In this document: piece by piece, positions 38,644 through 46,940 of the stretch
Position numbering within the stretch: position 1 is the stretch's first letter
How the letters are laid out: the number at the start of each line of letters is the position of its first letter
Program-made: the position numbers and the translations under genes
The notes under the pieces: generated by a model
The model's input: only the letters and a program-made list of their open reading frames with translations
Told to the model about the DNA's origin: nothing
Databases searched by the model: none
Origin: a virus
Taxonomy: Duplodnaviria; Caudoviricetes
Reading direction: 5' to 3' (one strand)
IMG/VR virus record: IMGVR_UViG_3300028374_000002
Coordinates: 128,001 to 192,000 of that record
Length of the DNA: 64,000 bases

Positions 38644-41600
38644 TTACCTGCGTCTTCCATATCCACTACTTGACTTATATTTACTCTGACCATATCCACC
38701 ACCAGTTCTAGAACCAAGTGTTTTTTTCTTCACATCTAAAAAGTGTGTGTAATCATTACTTTCTATATAATCAGATTTCTTCATACACTCATTTATGTAA
38801 TCAACTATTTCCTTATCAACATGTTTGTTCATCCATTCGTGTATCATCTCTGTAAACTCGTTCTTTTCGAATATAGATGTAGCATTTACAATAGTCATGA
38901 CACAATTATGTACAACTATCCCATTTGCTACATAACTATTATCATCCTCTACTTCTAAATTATAAGTTGTTCCAGTATAATTATACTTTTCATTTCTTTG
39001 TAGTACTGACGAATATTCAAAATCAGAAATCTTTCTCATACATGACCTTTCTAAACTATCTTCATAAATAGATACCCAATATTGGCTTTTCGTAGGCTTA
39101 CCATATCTATGTCTTTTATTATAGGATATTACTGCATGTTTGTCTAATGATATAGATATATCTCTCATAGTCAATGCTAGTTGAAAACTAGTTGAACATC
39201 CTATGTAATGTTTAGTCTTACCAGGTGTTTCACAGAGCCAACCATCTCCCTTTATCCAATAATCTAGGACTAGGGACATTTTCTCTTTATCTAGTTTGTT
39301 ATAGAGCATTTCGGGGAATATTTTCTCTTTATCTTCATCATAGCATTTAGAAAATATTTCCCATAAGAATCTATTATAAAATATCACAGTAGTGCAATTA
39401 TTTCTATTCTGTACATGATATTTTAAATTCCAGTTATTTATTATATCCTTCATTTCATCAATAAGAGTTAAATCTTTATCATTAAAGGCTAAAGTTATTC
39501 GGTAAGTATTATGAGATGGTTTATAACTGTTACCATCTGCTAAGAATAAGCCTAAAAACTTAGCAAAATTATTATCTAGTTCTATTTCCTTTATTTTAAA
39601 ATTAGATGACGGAGAATATTTATTCCTTTCAAATAATTCTTGATATTTGATATTATTAACATCACCAGTATATAGAGGTGATTTTATAACAACACACCTA
39701 GATTTATTAGAAATGTCACTTGGTAAAATCCACTCTCGCTTAAGATAATTATTATAATTCTTTCTATTTTTCTTTGAGTAGTCATTTTTTGGAACATATA
39801 TAGGATGGTTATATGTTATATCTAAGCTAGGTTGGCCTCTAAATTTGATTCTGTGCATAACACCATCAAAATCTTTTTTACATATATTTGTTACTGGTTT
39901 GTAATTTCCTAAATGTGTTAACACCAACTCACCTAATTTGATATCTTTTATTCTTTTATAACCATTTATAGTCTTTATAAGAGTGTTTGGCAAAACGCAA
40001 TCATCGTTTCCATTATCTGCTGCATATTTTATATTACCAGAACTAGTTGTATGTTTTACAAATGTGGTTATTTCCCTTATGGTGTCTTCATTATTTATTG
40101 AGAAAGATTTACTAAGCATTAGAGATTGGTAGTCTTTTATAAGTAAATTTTTTAAACTTGTTACTTTAAGTCCTACCTTTTCTTCTGGTGAATCTATTCT
40201 GTGCTTATATCTAACAAATACAGAAGAACCATAATCATTAATACCATCAAAAACATGAGGTAGTTCTGCTAGTAATGTATTTCCATAGTTGTTAAGTTCT
40301 AAAACTATTTTAAGGTTATCTGGATTAAAATATTCAAAAGCTAATATATAAAGCAATTCTGACATTTGTTTAATAGATATTATATTACTTCGATATATCC
40401 CAATTTGTTCTAGTTTGAAAAAATCCTTTATTGATGAATACTTTTCTTTTTGTATATCTATGACCTCTCTACTTTTATTACTTATTCTGAATATGTTTAT
40501 AACAGAAAAATCTTGACCTAATCCCTCTGCAAGGTCAATTGATAAGACTATTTTATATTCTTTTCTTTTTATAGGGTTGTATATATCATAATCATCAACC
40601 CATTTTAAATTTTCATAGGAAAAATTTAGCTTATCTTCAAATTCATATATCTCCTCCCACTCATAAAGAATTTTATTATTCAATAAATGGTCTATAATAT
40701 TTTCACTTAGTAAAGATTTACTAGCATTTACAAATCTAAGACCGTATTCTTGGTTAAAAGCATCTTCTCCACCAATATCTTTTATTGCCTCATCCTTCCA
40801 TGTAGTAAGTTCTGCTAACTCTAGTATAGATATCTCTTTACCATCGGGTGTTTTTATATTAAATCCAACAACATCCTCATCATGACAATAATCATTATTA
40901 TAAACCTCGATTACATATTTTTGTAAATCAACACTCCAACTCATTTCGACCTTAGTATCAGCACCCCATTTATTATGTACTTGATTAAGAATATCATCCT
41001 TTTCTATTTTGTTTTCGTATAATTTATGATCATTAAGCCTTATATATGTAACAAACCTACCAGGGACTTGATACCAGTAAACCCTCATAGGGGTGTAGTT
41101 GTTTCTTTGTGGGTCACCAGCTGGTCGTTCTGCATTAGTAAGTAATTTATGAAATAAATTCATACCATTTGGTGTAGATGTGATTATTATTTTAGAGTTT
41201 TTTATTGCAGATACTGTTGGAAAAACCGCAGTATAATATGGTTCTATTATGTTTGAAGGAATATGTGCAAATTCATCTAAATAAAGAACATCAATAGTAA
41301 AACCAATAGCTGGAGTCTTTGTCCTAGCAGAGGTCTTAATACGACAACCATTGTCAAATGTTAGTGATTTTTGATTCCATGTTTTTATACCAGGTTTTAA
41401 AAAAAATGGTAGTAATGAATAAATGGATTTTATCTTGTCAACAATCTCAACTGATGTATCTCCCTTGTTAGCTACAATCATAATGTTTTTATCATTATTG
41501 AATAGTATTGTATGGAGCATAAATATAGAAGCAGATATAGTATTATGTGAAAGTATCCCATTCGTGTAGAACCTATGATTCTGATGGTCTACCGATAAAT

Positions 41601-41991
41601 CAAACATAGATGATTTATAATCTTCCCTTTTTATATGCTTCACAATACTATTGCCATTTTTGGTCTTTATAGTATCGCCTATTTTTAATTCTTTACAGAA
41701 TACTTCATCAAAATATTCATCAAATAATATATGATTATCTGCACAAGTTAAGCTAAGACCGTCAATAGTTTTGATATTATAATGATTAAATGGTTGTGTT
41801 AAATGTATCTCTGATACTGCCTCATATCCAGTATCAGTCTTTACTCTAATATCTATTAAAGATATAGATTTTAATATTTTTTTAGAAATATCATCCTCAT
41901 CCAATGATACATTTCTATATTGGTATTTTTCTATCAACTCAATAGATTTTTCTATCAACTCAATCAATATTTTTTTAAGAAGTGTAATCAT
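38644..41991 (-). CDS. gp17: Terminase large subunit, C-terminal part (begins with IntC; contains a second intein)
   Basis: After IntC: TISASI, IVANK, LYLDEFAH, IITSTPNG, SIDLAEGLGQDFS, DD-CVM. Confidence 0.9.
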   Translation of the reverse strand: MITLLKKILIELIEKSIELIEKYQYRNVSLDEDDISKKILKSISLIDIRVKTDTGYEAVSEIHLTQPFNHYNIKTIDGLSLTCADNHILFDEYFDEVFCKELKIGDTIKTKNGNSIVKHIKREDYKSSMFDLSVDHQNHRFYTNGILSHNTISASIFMLHTILFNNDKNIMIVANKGDTSVEIVDKIKSIYSLLPFFLKPGIKTWNQKSLTFDNGCRIKTSARTKTPAIGFTIDVLYLDEFAHIPSNIIEPYYTAVFPTVSAIKNSKIIITSTPNGMNLFHKLLTNAERPAGDPQRNNYTPMRVYWYQVPGRFVTYIRLNDHKLYENKIEKDDILNQVHNKWGADTKVEMSWSVDLQKYVIEVYNNDYCHDEDVVGFNIKTPDGKEISILELAELTTWKDEAIKDIGGEDAFNQEYGLRFVNASKSLLSENIIDHLLNNKILYEWEEIYEFEDKLNFSYENLKWVDDYDIYNPIKRKEYKIVLSIDLAEGLGQDFSVINIFRISNKSREVIDIQKEKYSSIKDFFKLEQIGIYRSNIISIKQMSELLYILAFEYFNPDNLKIVLELNNYGNTLLAELPHVFDGINDYGSSVFVRYKHRIDSPEEKVGLKVTSLKNLLIKDYQSLMLSKSFSINNEDTIREITTFVKHTTSSGNIKYAADNGNDDCVLPNTLIKTINGYKRIKDIKLGELVLTHLGNYKPVTNICKKDFDGVMHRIKFRGQPSLDITYNHPIYVPKNDYSKKNRKNYNNYLKREWILPSDISNKSRCVVIKSPLYTGDVNNIKYQELFERNKYSPSSNFKIKEIELDNNFAKFLGLFLADGNSYKPSHNTYRITLAFNDKDLTLIDEMKDIINNWNLKYHVQNRNNCTTVIFYNRFLWEIFSKCYDEDKEKIFPEMLYNKLDKEKMSLVLDYWIKGDGWLCETPGKTKHYIGCSTSFQLALTMRDISISLDKHAVISYNKRHRYGKPTKSQYWVSIYEDSLERSCMRKISDFEYSSVLQRNEKYNYTGTTYNLEVEDDNSYVANGIVVHNCVMTIVNATSIFEKNEFTEMIHEWMNKHVDKEIVDYINECMKKSDYIESNDYTHFLDVKKKTLGSRTGGGYGQSKYKSSSGYGRRR
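38905..39999 (-). mobile_element. Contiguous intein with LAGLIDADG endonuclease (365 aa)
   Basis: GNDD|CVLPNT...FLGLFLADG...WIKGDG...YNLEVEDDNSYVANGIVVHN|CVM. Confidence 0.92.
41542..41991 (-). mobile_element. Split intein C-fragment (IntC, 150 aa)
   Basis: TCADNH (block B-like), FDLSV..NHRFYTNGILSHN|T. Confidence 0.9.
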
Positions 41992-42009
41992 TTTTTTTAT
42001 TATTTTTAT

Positions 42010-43005
42010 CTATACATTATTTAAAAAATCTATACATTTTTTAATAGTTAAATCTTTTTTGCTTTTATATTCAGTATCCCATATTATTAGAATATCAAAT
42101 CCTTTTGATTTAGCAATATTTATTTTTAAATTATCTTTATCCCATATTTCCCTTGCAGTAGGTCCACTTTCTTTATAGAAAGGATGTGGGTAATCGTTCT
42201 CTTTGAAAGTTTTAGGATTTGCATGGTATAAATCACCATTGTATTCGATAATTTTCATTCTTTTTCTATCAGTGAAATCATATGAGAAAAATCCTACATC
42301 TTTAACTGATATAAAGAACTCTTTATTTTTTATTGCATAGTGTACACGTTTTAGTTCATTATCTGTATAAATCTTACTTATCTTTTTAAATAGGTCTTGT
42401 GATATTTCAGAATAGCCACATTTCATATTACCATTTTCTGCCAAATTTTTCTGCCAAAGTGTTTGTCTATCTAGCCATCTTTTCTTACCACCAACATCAC
42501 CATATTTTTCTACACATTTTTTTAGAGAAAATGTACTTTGTCTTTCACTAAGCATCTTTTTAGATGTTTCCTCATCATAACCTTTCAGTAAATAGTATTC
42601 TAAAGTAGTATCTGATATTCTATCCTTAATAGCTTCCTTTGCAAAAATACTTATATGCTTCTCTATATTCTCTATACCTTCATATTTTGAAAAGTTCTTT
42701 GAAAATGGACTTCTCGATTTTCTTTCTAATTCAGTTGTATTTTCTTTGTGATTAGGATTTTTTCTGCCTCTTATTTTATCTGCAAACATTTTTTTATACT
42801 TTTCTGTCTTCATATGCTTACCACTTTTAATTGTTGTCTTAGCCTTATCTGATAATGCCATTATAGGAGCACCTTCGTACAATTCTTTATATTCTTTAGT
42901 AGTCATATTATTATGTGCAAATTTTAAATGTTTACCATATATTCTTTTACATTGCTCACCACATATTCTACATGTTACAGTTTCTTTATTATCATTTATT
43001 ATCAT
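42010..43005 (-). CDS. Free-standing Vsr-like homing endonuclease between the split-intein halves
   Basis: CRIC..H..H Zn finger; YDF...IIEYNGDLYHANP...D..K...A..KGFDILIIWDTE. Confidence 0.8.
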   Translation of the reverse strand: MIINDNKETVTCRICGEQCKRIYGKHLKFAHNNMTTKEYKELYEGAPIMALSDKAKTTIKSGKHMKTEKYKKMFADKIRGRKNPNHKENTTELERKSRSPFSKNFSKYEGIENIEKHISIFAKEAIKDRISDTTLEYYLLKGYDEETSKKMLSERQSTFSLKKCVEKYGDVGGKKRWLDRQTLWQKNLAENGNMKCGYSEISQDLFKKISKIYTDNELKRVHYAIKNKEFFISVKDVGFFSYDFTDRKRMKIIEYNGDLYHANPKTFKENDYPHPFYKESGPTAREIWDKDNLKINIAKSKGFDILIIWDTEYKSKKDLTIKKCIDFLNNV

Positions 43006-43075
43006 AATTTATTCTGTTTTATTATTAAATGCTTTTATATATAAAAAGATGTTGGCTTGTTATCAAATAGGTAAA

Positions 43076-43591
43076 TTATTTTTCTAGCAAAAATAAAATA
43101 TCATATAGTTTAATTTTTATTTTTTCTAATAATGTTAGTGATCTTTCTTGCTTAAGCATGTAGTAATATAGTTTACCAATTCTATATTCTTTTCTAATTT
43201 CCTTGCTCTTAATTTCGCATAAAGTGTTGAAGGTCAAGCACTTACCCACCTGCCTACTAGCCATTAATATATTGAATCGATTATCAACAAAATTATCTAA
43301 TATGTCAGCTTGATAGTCTCTAAGTGTTATTGCTCCAATAGAACCATCTTCTCTTTTCACCTTACAGTATTTTTCGGTAAAATGGTGTATATCTAGTGCA
43401 CATTTAATGTATTCTCCTTGCTCGGCACTTGTCATCTTAAATGTAAGACCTGATCTTCTTAACCCTATTTCATTTTTAAGCCATGGGTTTTGAAACCTTT
43501 TTAGTACTATACCATCATTTATCTTATCAGTAGCCTCGGTAACGTTCTCACTACTAAATACCATTTGTCTTTCTTTCTTAATCTTTGCCAT
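43076..43591 (-). CDS. gp17: Terminase large subunit, N-terminal part + IntN
   Basis: EYIKCA.D..HF..KY, LRDYQ, ILMASRQVGK followed by CLTFNT. Confidence 0.9.
   Translation of the reverse strand: MAKIKKERQMVFSSENVTEATDKINDGIVLKRFQNPWLKNEIGLRRSGLTFKMTSAEQGEYIKCALDIHHFTEKYCKVKREDGSIGAITLRDYQADILDNFVDNRFNILMASRQVGKCLTFNTLCEIKSKEIRKEYRIGKLYYYMLKQERSLTLLEKIKIKLYDILFLLEK
43079..43240 (-). mobile_element. Split intein N-fragment (IntN, 54 aa)
   Basis: Starts at Cys right after the Walker A GK; CLTFNTLCEI...IGKLY resembles atypical TerL IntN sequences. Confidence 0.88.
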
Positions 43592-43633
43592 AAGCGACTT
43601 ATTTTTTTATATATATTATAAAAAAACAGCTCT

Positions 43634-44284
43634 ATGTCTAAAACAGATAAAGAAAAAAGTAGGATACAAGACGAATTTGATCAAATACAAGGGGAGAATA
43701 ATGATTTTGATATATCAAAACATTTGGCAGAAGCAGAAGATTTACCAGACCTTGGTGAGATAAGCTTGTATGATTATGATGCAGATTTAAGCACATCATC
43801 ACAGCAATCAGTGGAGGTTTTAAGTTCACTTATAGACTTATACCTAAGTGATGTTCCAAAACTAAAACAACATCCTTATATAAAAAATAAGATGAAGGAA
43901 GATGCTATGGTATATTCAGAGGCTATATTCTTGGCTAAAATGACTAGAAAAAACTTCCTTAACCAACTACGCCAAATTGATAATGGGGAAAGCTCAGCTA
44001 GAATGCACGAAGTTGTTAACCAGACTATTGTGCAGGTTAGGGAAAACTCTAAATTTCTATCCACACAAAGAACTGACTTAGAAAAGTTCTATAAGAATCT
44101 AAGAACAGATATGGGATTAGACGATATTGAAAATTCAGAGGTTTTAGAGTCACAATCTGATAAAGCGAAAGATTCACAAGATGATGGTGATATTGTTGAT
44201 AATAGAAAACTAAATGACCTTATAAAAGGAGCAATGATGAAAGAGAGTAATAATAAAAAAGAAAGTAAGGGTAAAAAGAAGTAA
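43634..44284 (+). CDS. Probable terminase small subunit (gp16-like)
   Basis: Helical protein with ARMHEVVNQTI and C-terminal KLNDLIK; divergent from TerL. Confidence 0.5.
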   Translation: MSKTDKEKSRIQDEFDQIQGENNDFDISKHLAEAEDLPDLGEISLYDYDADLSTSSQQSVEVLSSLIDLYLSDVPKLKQHPYIKNKMKEDAMVYSEAIFLAKMTRKNFLNQLRQIDNGESSARMHEVVNQTIVQVRENSKFLSTQRTDLEKFYKNLRTDMGLDDIENSEVLESQSDKAKDSQDDGDIVDNRKLNDLIKGAMMKESNNKKESKGKKK

Positions 44285-45136
44285 TTATATTTTTAAGTAC
44301 TTAAATGTTTCAAAAGTTTTCACTAAATTATTAGCATGTATTAGAATATCTTTTTGTTTAAAGATGTTTCTTTGGTTATATGTTACCTCCCTAACCATAA
44401 CGTATTTATCTACTCTATTCGTAATGTCATGGATATTATTTTTTATACCATCGCTAGTATTACTCATTATTGTGGTAAACACATCGTTTATATTAATAGC
44501 CAAATCAATAGATTTTTTATTTTCATCATAAAAGTGGACTGTGTTATAATTCTCAACAACTGTATCTGTAAATTTGTCACCATCAGTTTTATAACCGAAC
44601 AAATGTTGTAATAAGAGTCTTGTTTTTAGATATGAGATATAATCTTTATCTCTATTATAGAATGTTTCTGATAGAAAGTAATAATCTTTTACTACTAGAT
44701 TCATATCACCCAATTCCTTCTCTAAGCTATCTATAATCGTTTTGTAGCTACTTTTACTTTTTTTAGAACATATTATGTATATATCATCGTTTTTGTTTCT
44801 AAGGTGCTGAAAATGCTTCTTATAGATAGTGTAGTCTAAATTTTCTATAATACTTGTATTCATAAATTCTTGTAAGGAGAATGATAGGTCAGTTATGTTG
44901 AACTTCATACTTTTACTCTTAATCTTTAGTGTGTTGTAAAGGTTTTCTGGTAGCCAATATCCAACATCATCAATATTAAGCATAGAATTATATTTCTTAT
45001 AGATACCTTTTTTTATTAAATTGAATTCTGATTCAGTTAATTTAATGATGGGTATCGAAGGTTTATTCTTAGAGACTAACCATACTGAATTATCTATCTT
45101 AATAAGTGTATCAATGTCAAAAAAATGTGCCTTCAT
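44285..45136 (-). CDS. Degenerate HAD-like protein
   Basis: N-terminal FFDIDTL, IYIICSK, HFYDE. Confidence 0.45.
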   Translation of the reverse strand: MKAHFFDIDTLIKIDNSVWLVSKNKPSIPIIKLTESEFNLIKKGIYKKYNSMLNIDDVGYWLPENLYNTLKIKSKSMKFNITDLSFSLQEFMNTSIIENLDYTIYKKHFQHLRNKNDDIYIICSKKSKSSYKTIIDSLEKELGDMNLVVKDYYFLSETFYNRDKDYISYLKTRLLLQHLFGYKTDGDKFTDTVVENYNTVHFYDENKKSIDLAININDVFTTIMSNTSDGIKNNIHDITNRVDKYVMVREVTYNQRNIFKQKDILIHANNLVKTFETFKYLKI

Positions 45137-45137
45137 A

Positions 45138-45389
45138 TTATTTGCTATATTTATTAGTTTCAGTATACCTTATTTCCTCTTGTCCACCACCCTTTGGTTC
45201 ATCTTCATATTCTCTATCTTCCCATGTTACTCCACCACTTGTTTGTGAGTTAAAGCTTTTGCATTTACTACATTCCTTTGGAAATACACTTTTTCCATCT
45301 TTTTCTATTGCTTTATCAATATCATAGTAAAAGGGAGCTTTGCACCAAGGATTATTACACACTAATCTTTTTTTATTTTCTCTATCCAT
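45138..45389 (-). CDS. Small Zn-ribbon protein
   Basis: CNNPWC...CSKC; TAATATATA 4 nt upstream. Confidence 0.6.
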   Translation of the reverse strand: MDRENKKRLVCNNPWCKAPFYYDIDKAIEKDGKSVFPKECSKCKSFNSQTSGGVTWEDREYEDEPKGGGQEEIRYTETNKYSK

Positions 45390-45406
45390 AATCTATATAT
45401 TAATTA

Positions 45407-45545
45407 AAAAACATGCAAGATCATGACTATATAGATATTATAATATAAATTTTGTACTTGTATAGAATTTTAGTTAAAATAAATCCTTTTTACTTACAAA
45501 AACATGCAACATCATGATATATAAATATATTTAATATAAAATTTT
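45407..45545. repeat. Intergenic imperfect direct repeat (2 x about 47 bp)
   Basis: AAAAACATGCAA(G/C)ATCATGA...ATATAAA(A)TTTT at 45407-45453 and 45498-45545. Confidence 0.75.
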
Positions 45546-46000
45546 CATTTTATTAGACTTTCGCTTAGTGCAAATTCATATATGTTAAGTAAATTTAGCT
45601 CATATTCAAATATAGATTTTACATCTGCTAATGTCTTTGAATTCTCTACTGCTTCAACTATCATAGTTCCAAACTTTTCTTGAAAATGTATATATGATTC
45701 ACACCACGGCTTATTGTAGTTTACAAGTGTATCCCACTCTTTTTGACCACCTGATAACCAGTACAAACTTTTTTCTGGGATTACTGAATATTTCTTAAAA
45801 TCGTCCAATCTAGTTTTCCATATACTATCTGTTGAATCGACCCTTTTCATTAATATCGATACTGCTTCTGCTACATCATCTGTTATTTGTTCACCAATTT
45901 CAAAGAAATAACCACATTCTGTTTTATAAATAGATACTATATTATCATTAAAAACTATATCTGATAAATTCATCTTAACCAAAGTTTTTCTTTTTTTCAT
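45545..46000 (-). CDS. Hypothetical protein
   Basis: 151-aa ORF. Confidence 0.55.
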   Translation of the reverse strand: MKKRKTLVKMNLSDIVFNDNIVSIYKTECGYFFEIGEQITDDVAEAVSILMKRVDSTDSIWKTRLDDFKKYSVIPEKSLYWLSGGQKEWDTLVNYNKPWCESYIHFQEKFGTMIVEAVENSKTLADVKSIFEYELNLLNIYEFALSESLIK

Positions 46001-46024
46001 AGCTATCTATTATTTTTTATACTC

Positions 46025-46309
46025 TTATATTCTTAATCCACTGTTCCACTTACCACTAAAAAGCCCATCTTCAAAAATTCCATTTAACCAATTACCATAA
46101 AATTCACCCCCTTTAAATACACCATAATACCAATTACCACTTAGGTAAACACCATCATGCCATATTAGAGTATTCTTTCTTATTTCTATAACTGCGTTGG
46201 AAATTTCGGAGTCTATTAACCAATAGAATTCCTCTTCTTTAAGTATCTCTACTATCGTATCAATATCTTTATAGGCTTTATCTTTGTAAGTAATCTGTTT
46301 AAACTTCAT
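46025..46309 (-). CDS. Hypothetical protein with Gly-x-Phe/Trp beta-repeat C-half
   Basis: GNWYYGVFKGGEFYGNWLNGIFEDG. Confidence 0.55.
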   Translation of the reverse strand: MKFKQITYKDKAYKDIDTIVEILKEEEFYWLIDSEISNAVIEIRKNTLIWHDGVYLSGNWYYGVFKGGEFYGNWLNGIFEDGLFSGKWNSGLRI

Positions 46310-46408
46310 TTTGTTATTAATTTACACTTTTATATATTATCATTTTAATATTGCTTTTTATCTAAAATCTATTTTATGGATAAAAATTAACATATTAAAA
46401 AAAATATA

Positions 46409-46448
46409 ATAAAAAAAGCCAAAATAATATTATTTTGGCTTTTTTTAT
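46409..46448. terminator. Perfect 40-bp palindrome / bidirectional terminator
   Basis: AAAAAAAGCCAAAATAAT|ATTATTTTGGCTTTTTTT. Confidence 0.7.
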
Positions 46449-46476
46449 CACTTTATGTACTAAATAACATCAGTAC

Positions 46477-46842
46477 TTATAGGCTTTTGTCTAGAAATTC
46501 TTTTTCAATTAATGATATCTTATCTATACCTAATCTTGATATTTTATCAAGAATTTCGTCAGTGTCAAGACTATCTATTATACCTTCTTCAATATCTTGG
46601 AAATTTTCTGGTTGTATAGTTTCCAAAAACATTTCAATATCAATTACTGAAACTTCCTTAGAAGATTTTGGATGTGTAAAGGCAACTATTCTGTACTCTT
46701 CATCCTTCGTAGTTATCCATACTTTACTAAACCCAGCTTTCTGAGCATTTTTTATACCATCTGGTGATAAAGCAGGATACTTATCTTGAAGTATTCTGTA
46801 TTCTTTATCTCTCATCTCTGTTAAATCTATACAAATAATCAT
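46477..46842 (-). CDS. Hypothetical protein (start reassigned to MIICID)
   Basis: TATATTTG on the minus strand at 46866-46873; the longer GTG ORF overlaps the start of the divergent gene. Confidence 0.55.
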   Translation of the reverse strand: MIICIDLTEMRDKEYRILQDKYPALSPDGIKNAQKAGFSKVWITTKDEEYRIVAFTHPKSSKEVSVIDIEMFLETIQPENFQDIEEGIIDSLDTDEILDKISRLGIDKISLIEKEFLDKSL

Positions 46843-46940
46843 AATAATAGTTTTAAGGTTTGATACAAATATAACAAATATATTGACATCAAAAAATAAA
46901 ACAAGTCTTTTATTTTTAATATATATAAAAAAATTCATAT

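Noticed and set aside
41992-43075. Terminase as a broken pseudogene or interrupted by a group I intron
   Set aside because: Both flanks carry precise intein termini (GK|C and HN|T), each ORF has its own start and stop, and the layout fits a split intein. I did not recognise intron core elements.
21858-46448. Perfect 40-bp palindromes (21858-21897, 46409-46448) as cruciform or recombination sites
   Set aside because: They have GC-containing stems with A/T tracts on both sides at gene ends, which is adequately explained by intrinsic terminators.
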